This document shows positions 9,195 through 18,034 of a DNA stretch of 64,000 nt, in pieces. The notes under the pieces were generated by a model. The model searched no databases. It was not told the DNA's origin and saw only the letters and a program-made list of their open reading frames with translations. Within the stretch, counting starts at the first letter, position 1; each line of letters begins with the position of its first letter. The stretch comes from a virus. Its lineage: Duplodnaviria > Heunggongvirae > Uroviricota > Caudoviricetes. Made by a program: the position numbers and the translations under genes. The stretch lies in the IMG/VR virus record IMGVR_UViG_3300027754_000043. The stretch is one strand, 5' to 3'.

Positions 9195-11819
9195 TTATAT
9201 ACTTCTTATTATCGTTTTTAAAGTCCATCCCGATGTTGTTGCAGAACCTGTTAATAACATATTTGATCCAGAAATTAAAACAGTAAATGCTAAACCAGCG
9301 GTTGAACCAAAATCTGTTGTAGTTGTTTCTGTAAAATTAACCGCAGATGCACTTTGTATAGCCATTATAGACCCAGCTCTCGCATTTGACCCAGAGCGAA
9401 TTGAGTACTCAAAAAATGCTGTATCATATGAAGCAGTTGGTAAACTATATATAGTAAATGCACCGGATGCAGTTGTTACTAATTTTGTAGTTGTTATCAA
9501 CATTGGATCTTGATAACTACCTATTAATGTAGTATTGTCTGAAAATACTTCTAATATTGGCAATCCGGAAATATCATTAACTGAGAATAATGATCCCGAC
9601 AATGAATCAGTAACTGAGAATAATTCTCCCTGTGAACCTTGTACAGTGAATACTGGTTGTGCAGATCCAGATCCATATACTGTTAACACAGATCCACTAT
9701 TAGTTCCAGTTGACGCTGATAATAATAATCGAGAACCTGTTATATTTTGGGTTACATTCAATGAACCTGTAACTACAACATCTTGGGTTAATGGATTAAC
9801 ATATGATGCCGTTTGTGCTGTTTGAACATATGAAGCCGTTGTTGCAGTTCCTAATAACGAACCTGTAATACCTGCTGTTACATTCAATGAACCTGTGATA
9901 ATAGCACTACCTAATACATCTAATTTAGCATTTAAATTTGTAGATTTAGCTATACCAACATTTCCAGATCCTGATATGAAAAATAACGGAGATGATCCGC
10001 TATATGAGAATACAAATCCACTTGGTAATACTGAACTACTATAATATGTGTCAAATGCAAATTGTCCATTACTATTAAATGGAGTCATTTTACCATAGCC
10101 AAAGGCGCCGTTAGATTGATAAAAGTAATTCTCATTACTTCCGGTATACCTGATATGTAGTGCGCCATTCACATCTAGTTTAGTTATTGGAGTAGTTGTA
10201 CCAATCCCAACATTGCCGGCATTATCAATTACAAATGGAGTTGAATCTGGGTTTGTTGAGTCTTCGACTACAAAAGCATTACCCGTACCTGTTTGTGTAA
10301 TTCTAACCAAATCGGTTGTAGTAGAACCGGTAATTAGTAATGCAGAACCAGTAATACCTTGAGTTACATTCAATGATCCGGTAATTATAGTGTTACCATT
10401 TACATCTAATCTAGCTGTTGGATTCGATTTACCTATACCAACATCTCCAGAGGATGATATTTGCATTAAATTAGATCCATTAATGTTAAAGAATATTGAA
10501 CCTACCGCAGCATCTACAGAACCTATATATAATATATTTGACGAGTTGATACCCATCATTCTAGTTGTTACGTTGCTTGAATTTTTTCCTTGTAAATATG
10601 TTGCGTTTTGTAATAACGTTATATTATCATATGAATTTATACTACCGGTTACTGTTAATGAACCTGTAATAATAGTATTACCATTTACATCTAGTTTAGC
10701 ATTAGGAGTAGTATTTCCAATACTAACATCACCTACATTATTAATTACAAATTGACTAGAATCTGGTGTATTTGTATCTTCAACTACAAACGAATTACCT
10801 GTTCCTGTTTGAGTAAATCTAACTAAATCTGTGTTTGATGATGCTGATGCTATTAATAATGGGGTTGTTCGGATAATATTTCCATCGTCATTACCTGTTA
10901 AATATAATCTAGCACCTGGTGCACTTACAGCAGTTCCAATAGCAATATCACCATATCTTCCAATTCTAAGTCTTTCTACACCATTAGCACCAAATGCTAA
11001 ATCAACTCCAGTATAATTAATAAAGGCTTCTGCAGTACTATCGGTTCTTTTTATTGTTAAAAATCTAGTTTCACTACTTGCCATACCCTCAAATAACGGC
11101 ACTGACGTAACATTGGCCGATCCTGAGGTGTGTAATAGTCTAGATGGGGATGTTATACCAATAGCAACATTACCTGCATTACTTACTACAAATGGTGTTG
11201 AATCAGGGTTAGTAGAATCTTCTACCACAAATGCGTTACCCGCTCCGGTTTGTGTAATTCTAACTAGATCTACTGATGTTGAACCTGTAATTTGTAATCC
11301 AGATCCCGTAATATCAGCTGTTACATTTAATGAACCTGTAACTACAACATTTTGGGTTAATGGATTAACATATGATGCCGTTTGTGCTGTTTGAACATAT
11401 GATGCCGTTGTTGCATTTGTTGCATTAGATATACTTCCACTAAAATATGAAGCTGTTTGGGCTAAGTTTACATATGAAGCACTTATAGCATTTACAACAT
11501 ATGAAGCTGTTTGTGCATTTTGCACGTAAGAAGCAGTATTTGCTAGAAGAGTGTATGAGGAGGTAGTTGTTAATAGATCTTGGTTAGGATTATATCTTAA
11601 ACCTCCATCTACTTGAATAAATCCTGGTCCTGATGTATCTACAAATAGTACGTTATGTTGTAAGTTTTGTGTGGATATACTAGTTGATACTTGAAGTGCA
11701 ATTGAAGCTGTTTGTGCAAATGATGCAGTACCTAAGAGTGAACCTGTTATGCTAGGGGCAAATAATGATGATAGTTCTCCTGCAGAGCCAGAAGTTAAGA
11801 CCTTTTTCCAATTGGGCAT
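9195..11819 (-). CDS. Long tail fibre protein with internal repeats
   Basis: 874 aa; TASY and ITGSL repeats; three VRxTQTGxGNxFVVED modules; GNVGIG/LDVNG repeats typical of phage fibres. Confidence 0.85.
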   Translation of the reverse strand: MPNWKKVLTSGSAGELSSLFAPSITGSLLGTASFAQTASIALQVSTSISTQNLQHNVLFVDTSGPGFIQVDGGLRYNPNQDLLTTTSSYTLLANTASYVQNAQTASYVVNAISASYVNLAQTASYFSGSISNATNATTASYVQTAQTASYVNPLTQNVVVTGSLNVTADITGSGLQITGSTSVDLVRITQTGAGNAFVVEDSTNPDSTPFVVSNAGNVAIGITSPSRLLHTSGSANVTSVPLFEGMASSETRFLTIKRTDSTAEAFINYTGVDLAFGANGVERLRIGRYGDIAIGTAVSAPGARLYLTGNDDGNIIRTTPLLIASASSNTDLVRFTQTGTGNSFVVEDTNTPDSSQFVINNVGDVSIGNTTPNAKLDVNGNTIITGSLTVTGSINSYDNITLLQNATYLQGKNSSNVTTRMMGINSSNILYIGSVDAAVGSIFFNINGSNLMQISSSGDVGIGKSNPTARLDVNGNTIITGSLNVTQGITGSALLITGSTTTDLVRITQTGTGNAFVVEDSTNPDSTPFVIDNAGNVGIGTTTPITKLDVNGALHIRYTGSNENYFYQSNGAFGYGKMTPFNSNGQFAFDTYYSSSVLPSGFVFSYSGSSPLFFISGSGNVGIAKSTNLNAKLDVLGSAIITGSLNVTAGITGSLLGTATTASYVQTAQTASYVNPLTQDVVVTGSLNVTQNITGSRLLLSASTGTNSGSVLTVYGSGSAQPVFTVQGSQGELFSVTDSLSGSLFSVNDISGLPILEVFSDNTTLIGSYQDPMLITTTKLVTTASGAFTIYSLPTASYDTAFFEYSIRSGSNARAGSIMAIQSASAVNFTETTTTDFGSTAGLAFTVLISGSNMLLTGSATTSGWTLKTIIRSI
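9751..9846. repeat. 96-bp direct repeat, copy 1 (copy 2 at 11320..11415), within the tail fibre gene
   Basis: Alignment by eye gives 3 mismatches in 96 bp; both copies are in frame (TTASYVQTAQTASYVNPLTQxVVVTGSLNV). Confidence 0.9.
11320..11415. repeat. 96-bp direct repeat, copy 2
   Basis: Near-identical to 9751..9846. Confidence 0.9.
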
Positions 11820-11833
11820 AGTATTTCCTTTTT

Positions 11834-11897
11834 ATATTGTGGTTAGATACATACACTTATGCCGTGTATATGCCTACTTCCTTGCGGCCAACAATAT
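11834..11897 (-). ncRNA. Candidate structured 5' UTR RNA (three-way junction) of the tail fibre gene
   Basis: AUAUUGU(U)GG/CCACAAUAU closing stem, CC-GCAA-GG tetraloop and a UAGG-C-AUAUACAC/GUGUAUGU-A-UCUA hairpin, between the promoter motif (11907-11914) and the SD. Confidence 0.45.
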
Positions 11898-11933
11898 TAT
11901 TTTATAATAAATATAAAATGTTCTAGAAATACA

Positions 11934-12104
11934 TTATTTTTTTGTAGGAGGAGTTGCTGGTATTGGAACTGTTGGTTGTGTTAATTTTTCTAACTCTTGT
12001 TCCAGTTTAATTTGAAGTGATGCAATATACTTTGCATCTTTACCTGTTAATGTGATTGTATCTAATGATTGACGCAATACACTTAAATCTTGTGCTGTAA
12101 ACAT
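11934..12104 (-). CDS. Small hypothetical protein (56 aa; not in the ORF track)
   Basis: Manual translation MFTAQDLSVLRQSLDTITLTGKDAKYIASLQIKLEQELEKLTQPTVPIPATPPTKK; AAGTTATG start; fills the gap. Confidence 0.7.
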   Translation of the reverse strand: MFTAQDLSVLRQSLDTITLTGKDAKYIASLQIKLEQELEKLTQPTVPIPATPPTKK

Positions 12105-12111
12105 AACTTAT

Positions 12112-12315
12112 TTATTTTTGTGATAGATATTGTTGCTGTAACTTATATACAATATTATATAACGTTTCTAATTGTTCACCCTTGAACGTTGAACTTTTAA
12201 TTAACTCTAACAAGTACTCAATTTCTTGTTGAATTAAAATGAATTCCTCCCGATTAGTTTGATTAACCGGAGAGGAATTTTTATCATTGTTATTTAATTT
12301 ATTTACTATAGACAT
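12112..12315 (-). CDS. Small hypothetical helical protein
   Basis: Track ORF 12112..12348; internal Met (MSIVNK, 12315) avoids overlap with the upstream gene. Confidence 0.65.
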   Translation of the reverse strand: MSIVNKLNNNDKNSSPVNQTNREEFILIQQEIEYLLELIKSSTFKGEQLETLYNIVYKLQQQYLSQK

Positions 12316-12332
12316 AACTAGTTTATTTAATT

Positions 12333-13406
12333 TTATGCATACATCCAAATTGTGCCATCATTTGCTGTATAAACTGCACCTTCTTTAGCAAACTCACCTG
12401 TAATTGGTTTTGTTGCACCATGTGATGCTTCTGTGAATACATATGACATAAATGAACCACTTACACCTGATGCTGATGTTGGATCTAATGCGTTACTCGT
12501 ATCAATTAATCCATCTTGGAATCCCCAACGACCTGTCGCAGAATCAAAACCAAATGCAATATTACCGGCAGCTAATGAACCTCTATCAATAACAATACCA
12601 CCATCAGTAGTACCAGCAGATCCAGATGCTAATAATATAAATTTATCAGCTACATATAAATCTTGTGTATTGATATATGTTGCAGTACCATTTACAAATA
12701 AGTTACCACCAACTGTTAAATCAGATGTTATTGATACACTATTAGGTAACCCAACTGTTATTGTTTGACCTGATACTGATGTTTCTACTTCATTTGATGT
12801 ACCAGCAATAGTTAATGTTTGTGATGCTAATGCAACTGTACTAGGACCACCCGTACCTGCATTAATATTTAATGTAGATACTAATCCTGTTAAACCACTA
12901 CCATCACCTTTAAAAGAACCAGTAAATGAACCAGTTAATGCCGAATTAGCACCTGTGAATCTAACTGATGTAGTACCAGATACATTCGTACCATCATCTG
13001 TAATACTAGATGGTGCAAACTTATTATCAGTGTTATTCCATTTTGTGATAATATTATTTGTTAAATCCGCAGCACCTGATACTGTTAATGTAACAGCCAC
13101 AGATCCATTATAAGAAGCCGCGCCACCTAAACCTTCACCGATTGTTAATGCATTTGTTAAACTACCTGCAGTTACACCGGTCAATCCACTACCATTTCCT
13201 GTAAATGATCCTGAGAATGAACCTGAATGTGATAATCCTGATGCTGCGGTAGTTGCAACAATTGTACCAGTACCATTAATAGCAGTTGTACTTAAGTTAC
13301 TAGCACCACCACCTATTACGACCTGGCCAGATGTTAAGTTATCTACTTGTAATGACGGAATGTTTGCCGTACTACCAGAGACTAATACCTTTTTCCAATT
13401 TGCCAT
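12333..13406 (-). CDS. Tail fibre-like virion protein
   Basis: Gly/Ser/Thr-rich with GSFSGSFTGNGSGLTG repeats; N-terminal MANWKKVLVSGS shared with 9195..11819. Confidence 0.75.
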   Translation of the reverse strand: MANWKKVLVSGSTANIPSLQVDNLTSGQVVIGGGASNLSTTAINGTGTIVATTAASGLSHSGSFSGSFTGNGSGLTGVTAGSLTNALTIGEGLGGAASYNGSVAVTLTVSGAADLTNNIITKWNNTDNKFAPSSITDDGTNVSGTTSVRFTGANSALTGSFTGSFKGDGSGLTGLVSTLNINAGTGGPSTVALASQTLTIAGTSNEVETSVSGQTITVGLPNSVSITSDLTVGGNLFVNGTATYINTQDLYVADKFILLASGSAGTTDGGIVIDRGSLAAGNIAFGFDSATGRWGFQDGLIDTSNALDPTSASGVSGSFMSYVFTEASHGATKPITGEFAKEGAVYTANDGTIWMYA

Positions 13407-13452
13407 GTTATGTTATTCCTATGTTATGTTTAATATAAATATGTTATTAAAT

Positions 13453-13767
13453 TTATTCTAGCCCAACAAATAAAGAACTAGATGTAAAATATATTCCACC
13501 AACAGGTGCAGGATCTGATAAATTCATTGACTGTGTTGCTAAAACTAATACTCCACTTTGTGTAACTGATAGAATTGGAGTGTTTCCTTGTTTAATTAAA
13601 AAAATATTATCCGTTGGACTAACTGTAGCAGTTATGCTACCTGATATAATACGATATGGATCTGAAGCTCCTAATACATATGATGCTGTCACTGCATATG
13701 ATGCTGTTATATCATAAAGTAATCCAGGAAGTAATTGTGATGGTTTAAATTGTCTTGTATATGCCAT
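13453..13767 (-). CDS. Small virion/tail protein
   Basis: TASYAVTASY motif; probable start MAYTRQ at 13767 (TAATG overlap with the upstream stop). Confidence 0.6.
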   Translation of the reverse strand: MAYTRQFKPSQLLPGLLYDITASYAVTASYVLGASDPYRIISGSITATVSPTDNIFLIKQGNTPILSVTQSGVLVLATQSMNLSDPAPVGGIYFTSSSLFVGLE

Positions 13768-14996
13768 TATGCCCATCTCCCTTTAACGATTATTAAATCT
13801 GTAACATCAATTGCATACCCTAATGCTACCGTATCAAATACAATTGTTTGTGTTGCTAATAAATCATTAGGAGTCCATGTATAACATTGTTTATCAATAT
13901 ATTGACCATTAATATATAAATCAAATTCATTACCCGTAGAAGTTGCAAATGTAATTGGATTTATTTTTGGTGTACCTGCAATTGTTACTGTTGTTGCATT
14001 TACACGAGTTGATTGTTTTTCAGTTAACGCAGTTAAATATAACATTGTAGCTGCATTAATTGTATTGGTACTACCACCACCTGTTGCTACAACAGATCCG
14101 CCACTTACAATTCTAGATTGTACTTGTAATAATTGTACTGGTACCGTTGTCGTATTAAATAAATCAACCCCAACATCTATTACTTGATCGAATGAAACTT
14201 TTTTAACCGAATACATCGTTTTTAATGTATTAATTCTAGTTTCTTGTTCTGATAATAATGTACCTTGAACCGTTAATGTATTTGTAGATCTTACCAATCT
14301 ATCTTCTCCAACGGTATTCACCGTTTCAAATGAAAATTGCCCTAATGTAGTTGGGAATACATTTCCTTCATTACCCCATGCAAATCTACCATATGGTAAT
14401 ATCTGATCAACTAACTCATTCATTTGCGTTGTAAAATCACACCACAACATGATATCATATTCAATAGTTACATATTTAGGTATATTAATTAAGAATATTT
14501 GTTCAGATGATACTGGTTCATTAGTTGGTATTGGAAATATGTCATCTTCAAATCTATTTCTAGAATTATATCTATTACTGCGATGTATTATATGTGAACT
14601 AGTATGTGTATGATTAACATCTAATCCTTTTACAGTATCACGTTCTACAATTGAATTTCGTTTCAACATTATAATAGGAGATTGGAGCATTCCCTTTTCA
14701 TCTCGTAAATATCCTAATCTACGAACATTATCCCATTTTTCTCCGTTTGCAAATATAACTGGTACTGTAATCGTTTGTCCATTATCAGTAACTTGTGGTC
14801 GTATTTCATTTTCAATGTACCATTTAATTGCATAATCAATATCATATGCAGTTCGTTTTGGTGTTCTAATTACATCAGTATCGCGTCTTGTTTGATCAGC
14901 TCTATTTAAAATAGGATCATTCTGTAAACCTCCTGTTTTTACTGGATTAGGTTTATTAGTTTTACGATCTATATTTTCTCTATTAAAATTTGACAT
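13767..14996 (-). CDS. Tail terminator / sheath stabiliser (gp15-like) with C-terminal extension
   Basis: ITVPVIFANGEKW...PKYVTIEYDIMLWCDFTTQMNELVDQI motif; follows the neck genes. Confidence 0.7.
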   Translation of the reverse strand: MSNFNRENIDRKTNKPNPVKTGGLQNDPILNRADQTRRDTDVIRTPKRTAYDIDYAIKWYIENEIRPQVTDNGQTITVPVIFANGEKWDNVRRLGYLRDEKGMLQSPIIMLKRNSIVERDTVKGLDVNHTHTSSHIIHRSNRYNSRNRFEDDIFPIPTNEPVSSEQIFLINIPKYVTIEYDIMLWCDFTTQMNELVDQILPYGRFAWGNEGNVFPTTLGQFSFETVNTVGEDRLVRSTNTLTVQGTLLSEQETRINTLKTMYSVKKVSFDQVIDVGVDLFNTTTVPVQLLQVQSRIVSGGSVVATGGGSTNTINAATMLYLTALTEKQSTRVNATTVTIAGTPKINPITFATSTGNEFDLYINGQYIDKQCYTWTPNDLLATQTIVFDTVALGYAIDVTDLIIVKGRWA

Positions 14997-15517
14997 TAGA
15001 ATCCTTTGTATGCAGGAGAATTATTATCTCCACCTCTACGTAAATTTTTAATTCCAGCTGGTGTTTGTCTAGTTGCGTGAGCATCTATTAACACAGATAC
15101 ACTGTAACCATGCTCCGAACCATTCGGCCATGTTTCTGGATTTTTACCTACAAAATACTGATTCGAATCAACATTATCTACTTCATAATATTCATTATCC
15201 CATAATATGATATCACCAACTTCAGGATAAAAATCTGCACGTTCTAAAATATCTCGAGAAACTCCAAATTGAGCTGTACGATTATATGTATGACCATAAT
15301 CATCCATATTAGAAGTTTTAGTTTCTTTTGTTATTAAACATGGAATTAATATTGAATTGTAATATGATTTTGCGGTAGATTCGCCGTAAATATTAGAATC
15401 ACTTGCTTCTACAATTAATTTATAAAATTCAATTTCTGTATCTATAATTGAGTTTAATAGTTCTCTATTAATCGATGCTAAAAATCTTGCGTCTCGTTTT
15501 CCACCAAATAGTGCCAT
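14996..15517 (-). CDS. Neck / head-closure protein (gp14-like)
   Basis: NIYGES..K...PEVGDIILW..EYYEV pattern; follows gp13-like; AGGAG SD at 15525-15529. Confidence 0.75.
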   Translation of the reverse strand: MALFGGKRDARFLASINRELLNSIIDTEIEFYKLIVEASDSNIYGESTAKSYYNSILIPCLITKETKTSNMDDYGHTYNRTAQFGVSRDILERADFYPEVGDIILWDNEYYEVDNVDSNQYFVGKNPETWPNGSEHGYSVSVLIDAHATRQTPAGIKNLRRGGDNNSPAYKGF

Positions 15518-15528
15518 ATCTTTTCTCC

Positions 15529-16767
15529 TTACCCAACATATATTTTAAGCGGAACTTTTGCTAGAATCTCATTCATTTGAGTCGATTCAGCATTTTGACG
15601 AGTTAGCATTTGTTCTTTTGTTAATTTATCTAAAAATTCTCGAAGCTGAGTTATTAATGCTTCTTTCTCAGCCTGGCCTTGTGTTACTAACTCACCACCA
15701 TTTAAAGTAACTTCTGCATTTGGAATTGGAATTGATGAATATTTGCCACGAACAAAGCCTAACATTTCCTTTGCGGTTGCTGCTCCGTATTTCAATATCC
15801 AAGCACGGCCCATATCATTAATGCTCCCGTATGGTTGATATGTATATGGTATATTTGATGCGTCACTTACAACTCCGTTTAGAAGTGCGGTATTACCAAA
15901 TAAAATAGCGTCTTTGCTTTTTTCTTCTTCGAATAAATATTCAAACCAAACTTCATTATAATGTATAGATGATGCTGACGAACCTGTACCAGATGTTGGT
16001 ATTGGCCAAAACTTAATATCATCTCCATGTATCTCAAATGAGTAATGTGATTTACGTACTTGATCATTAAATTCAATTGCTTGTAATCTCAATAAATCTG
16101 CGTGAATTGGCATCATCATAAAACTAATCGATGGAGAGAATCCACCAAAATTAAATGAATCCATTAATTGTTGTGAACCTAAACCAGTTCCAACGAATGG
16201 GTCAAAATATCTAGTAATAGCAGGAGGCGCATTGTGAAGTACACGTTTAATTTCAATTGAACTAGTATTAGATAAAGATGAACTTTCTAATGCTAATGAT
16301 GCAGAAACTGCATCTCGTATACTATATGTTTGTACTCCAGCTTCTACTGATATCTTTGCTTTTTTCCATTTAACAGTACCTCCACTATCAGCTTCAGTAC
16401 CATATGCTCTAGATAATTTTGTTATAAAATTTAACGATGTACCAATTGCAGCACCGGTAAAACTTTGTCCTTGTAAAAAACTAGAACCAGTTTGTACTCC
16501 TAATGTATTAACTAAATTATTAACAATATTAACTTGGTTAACTTGATTTGAGTATTCTACTACCGCTGCTTCGAATGCTGTATAAAAATTTATATCAATA
16601 AGCTCGACATCCATTATTGGATATCCAACATGCTGTGCTGCATATTTTGCAAAACTGTCTGCGTGTTGTTGAAATAATGGATCTGCATCAAAAAATCCAA
16701 AAGGCGTAGAACCGGTAGTGAATGATGAGCTACCTGGCCAAATTGGTTTATTTTCACTGTAATCCAT
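15529..16767 (-). CDS. Neck / head-tail adaptor protein (gp13-like)
   Basis: GYPIMDVEL...WILKYGAATAKEMLGFVRGKYSSIPIPNAEVTLNG motif; AGGAG SD at 16775-16779. Confidence 0.8.
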   Translation of the reverse strand: MDYSENKPIWPGSSSFTTGSTPFGFFDADPLFQQHADSFAKYAAQHVGYPIMDVELIDINFYTAFEAAVVEYSNQVNQVNIVNNLVNTLGVQTGSSFLQGQSFTGAAIGTSLNFITKLSRAYGTEADSGGTVKWKKAKISVEAGVQTYSIRDAVSASLALESSSLSNTSSIEIKRVLHNAPPAITRYFDPFVGTGLGSQQLMDSFNFGGFSPSISFMMMPIHADLLRLQAIEFNDQVRKSHYSFEIHGDDIKFWPIPTSGTGSSASSIHYNEVWFEYLFEEEKSKDAILFGNTALLNGVVSDASNIPYTYQPYGSINDMGRAWILKYGAATAKEMLGFVRGKYSSIPIPNAEVTLNGGELVTQGQAEKEALITQLREFLDKLTKEQMLTRQNAESTQMNEILAKVPLKIYVG

Positions 16768-16792
16768 TATATTTCTCCTTTATATATAAATA

Positions 16793-17458
16793 TTAATAAT
16801 TTTCATTTAATAGTTCTAAAATCTCATCTAATCCTTCGTGACGGTGATTATCTTTTAATACTGTCTCTGAAACCCATTTAGATGGTTTTAATTTAGCAAT
16901 CTCATGAACTGCAGAATCATTTTTAAATTTTAAATCTATTTGCTGTTTATCACCACATAAAATCATAATTGAGTTTTTACCTAACCTACCCAATACCATT
17001 TGTAATTGTTGTTTAGTTAAGTTTTGAAATTCATCTACGATGCAAACTGAATTGTTAAATGTTCTTCCCCTGAAATGTGTTAATGAAACTAATTCAATGT
17101 TTTCTTCTTTTTCCAGTTTCTCTAATATTTCAGGTTTGTTATAAACATCCCGCATATTAGCACGGATTGGAACTAACCATGGATCCATCTTTTCTTTTTC
17201 TGTTCCAGGTAAAAATCCGTTATCTTCTGTTGACACTGTCGGTCTTGTTATTATAATTTTATCAACACGTCGTTTAAAAAATAAATCTAATGCAATTTGA
17301 ACTGCTAACAAAGTTTTACCACTTCCTGCTTTGCCAATTATAAAGTTCCATGGTGTTTTTATAATATTCTCTTTTGCTGCTTTTTGTTCTTCTGAAAGTG
17401 TTAAGCTGAATTTAACATCTGTTTTCGGAGGTGTTTTACTTGTGTTCAGTGTACCCAT
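16793..17458 (-). CDS. phoH: PhoH-family ATPase
   Basis: GKAGSGKT Walker A, IIITRP, GFLPG, RGRTF, IVDEFQN, GDxxQIDL, RH motifs. Confidence 0.95.
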   Translation of the reverse strand: MGTLNTSKTPPKTDVKFSLTLSEEQKAAKENIIKTPWNFIIGKAGSGKTLLAVQIALDLFFKRRVDKIIITRPTVSTEDNGFLPGTEKEKMDPWLVPIRANMRDVYNKPEILEKLEKEENIELVSLTHFRGRTFNNSVCIVDEFQNLTKQQLQMVLGRLGKNSIMILCGDKQQIDLKFKNDSAVHEIAKLKPSKWVSETVLKDNHRHEGLDEILELLNENY

Positions 17459-17475
17459 AAATAACTTAAGTTAGT

Positions 17476-17751
17476 TTATAATAATTTAGTTAATGTTGAT
17501 TCTCTTAATGACATATCACGCAATGCCTCAATTTTACCTAAACTTAATCTTCTAATTGCATGAAATGTTTCTTTTGGTGGGTATGGAGTCATTACCTTAA
17601 TTTTAATCAACTCTCTATCCTGACCTAAATCCTGTTCAATGTGAACCATTAATACCAATCTAATTGCTCGTATACGATCCAATACATCTATAAGACGACC
17701 GGCATAACGTATTTCAGCAAACATTTCATATTTTGTTCTTGGTGCTGCCAT
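17476..17751 (-). CDS. Hypothetical protein
   Basis: 91 aa ORF with its own ATATTTAT motif at 17770-17777. Confidence 0.7.
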   Translation of the reverse strand: MAAPRTKYEMFAEIRYAGRLIDVLDRIRAIRLVLMVHIEQDLGQDRELIKIKVMTPYPPKETFHAIRRLSLGKIEALRDMSLRESTLTKLL

Positions 17752-17826
17752 ATATTATTTTCTTTTTATATAAATATCAATTTAATCTGTTCTCGTGAAT
17801 TAGTCATCTACAAATTCTCTCATTTC

Positions 17827-18033
17827 TTAAAAAGGGTTAACTTGTGGTTTTGGCACGTATTCAATTAATGGTAAATCTTTCAACCATTGAATGTCGCACA
17901 TATCTATTGAATCTGAATCTATACAAATGTTATCGTTAACATCGTATAGTTCTAAGTTAAAGTAAGTATAAGGTGCTATTAAAACACCCTCTAAACTTGC
18001 TTTCTGTTCTATTGTTATAATTGCTGTATTCAT
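17827..18033 (-). CDS. Hypothetical protein
   Basis: 68 aa ORF starting right after the stop of 18035..19012. Confidence 0.6.
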   Translation of the reverse strand: MNTAIITIEQKASLEGVLIAPYTYFNLELYDVNDNICIDSDSIDMCDIQWLKDLPLIEYVPKPQVNPF

Positions 18034-18034
18034 C

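Noticed and set aside
9751-11415. Diversity-generating retroelement (TR/VR pair)
   Set aside because: Only three differences, both copies inside one CDS and not C-terminal, and no RT or accessory gene in the window; kept only as a low-interest repeat finding.
11834-11897. Assigning the UTR structure to a known ribozyme or riboswitch (hammerhead, twister, c-di-GMP)
   Set aside because: Required core motifs such as CUGANGA/GAAA are absent; left unassigned.
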